Part shown: piece after piece, positions 6,032 to 6,521 of the stretch
Position numbering within the stretch: position 1 is the stretch's first letter
Layout of the letters: each line of letters opens with the position of its first letter
Assembly (NCBI GenBank): GCA_020697515.1
Contig: JAIXNB010000051.1
Location: 1-6,521, forward strand
DNA length: 6,521 nucleotides
Source of the DNA: Nanobdellota archaeon
GTDB lineage: Archaea > Nanobdellota > Nanobdellia > Nanobdellales > Nanobdellaceae
Direction of reading: 5' to 3'
Translations under genes and position numbers: made by a program
The notes under the pieces: generated by a model
The model's input: only the letters and a program-made list of their open reading frames with translations
Database searches by the model: none
Told to the model about the DNA's origin: nothing

Positions 6032-6287
6032 GATTATTCCAAATTTTATTACTCATTAAAGCAATAACTTGTAGGGTGGAAGCAGCATTAATAGAATAGT
6101 TAGTTAGTGGTTTTTTAATTATACGGCTGTATTTTCTAGGGTCAAGTTGTTCTTTACTCCCAGAAGATTTATGTAGTGGACCCACGGAAATTTTTAATCT
6201 AAAACTCAAAATACAACTTAGAACTCTTTTATTTTAAATTAAATAATTTACTATTAGCCTCTTATAGCAATAATAGTTGGTGATTAC

Positions 6288-6358
6288 CGCCCCCGCCGGG
6301 ATTCGAACCCGGGTCACGGGATCGACAGTCCCGCATGCTGCCGCTACACCACGGGGGC
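6288..6358 (-). tRNA. tRNA-Asp(GUC): tRNA-Asp, anticodon GUC, no intron, CCA not encoded
   Basis: The reverse complement folds as GCCCCCG-TG-GTGT-AGCGGCA-GCAT-G-CGGGA-CTGTCGA-TCCCG-TGAC-CCGGG-TTCGAAT-CCCGG-CGGGGGC-G. It has a 7-bp acceptor stem, anticodon GTC centred in a 7-nt loop, a GTTCGAATC T-loop and a 4-nt variable loop. Confidence 0.95.
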
Positions 6359-6521
6359 GTGTAAACTTCTCAAATTCTTGAAAGTTCGAGTTTTCCTATA
6401 CATTCAACCACTATTATGGTTATACCCTTGTACTGGCGTTCATACACTTTCATCCTTCCCAGGGCTGTTATCCACCGGACTATTCGTTTTTAGCCCTATG
6501 ATCTCATTGGGAATACCCTCC

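Noticed and set aside
6032-6287. C/D box sRNA, split tRNA half or CRISPR repeat in the long spacer
   Set aside because: I found no RUGAUGA/CUGA box pairs on either strand, no G+C-rich acceptor/D-arm-like segment, and no repeat-spacer periodicity.
416-6358. Integrated mobile element or genomic island bracketed by tRNA-Lys and tRNA-Asp
   Set aside because: There is no integrase, transposase or phage-like gene in the window. I could see no long direct repeat of either tRNA 3' half at the opposite boundary. The composition between the tRNAs is the same as outside. The tRNAs look like ordinary neighbours in a compact genome.
6440-6480. Possible 23S rRNA fragment, because the minus strand contains GGATAACAG
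   Set aside because: Only about 9 nt match the conserved 23S GGGATAACAGGCTGAT element and the flanks differ (GTGGATAACAGCCCTGG). The G+C of ~46% is also far below what the tRNAs suggest for stable RNAs in this genome.

Overview
The window is AT-rich (roughly 30% G+C by eye) and very tightly packed. It looks archaeal and thermophilic. Two canonical tRNA genes stand out as islands of about two-thirds G+C, and neither encodes CCA. Protein genes sit 1-73 nt apart, with TATA-like boxes about 30 nt upstream of the start codons and no room for 5' leaders. Left to right: the 3' part of an uncharacterised + strand ORF; tRNA-Lys(UUU) (-); a two-gene minus-strand operon (a single-T2SSF-domain FlaJ/TadC-like membrane protein with an extra C-terminal beta-rich domain, then a prepilin-like protein); a second single-T2SSF-domain membrane protein, divergent from that operon (+); a 559-aa SF2 helicase of Hef/FANCM/RIG-I-like type with a non-canonical C-terminal extension (-); a 293-aa endonuclease IV / xylose-isomerase-like TIM-barrel protein, divergent from the helicase (+); an unusually long 256-nt spacer; tRNA-Asp(GUC) (-); and a ~160-nt edge segment of raised G+C whose nature is unclear. 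There are two candidate under-described systems. One is a type IV filament module whose platform protein is split into two head-to-head genes. The other is a helicase plus degenerate Endo IV-like gene pair sharing a 33-bp promoter region. I recognised no CRISPR array, transposase, integrase or rRNA. All functional calls rest on motif recognition by eye; no database search or structure prediction was run.
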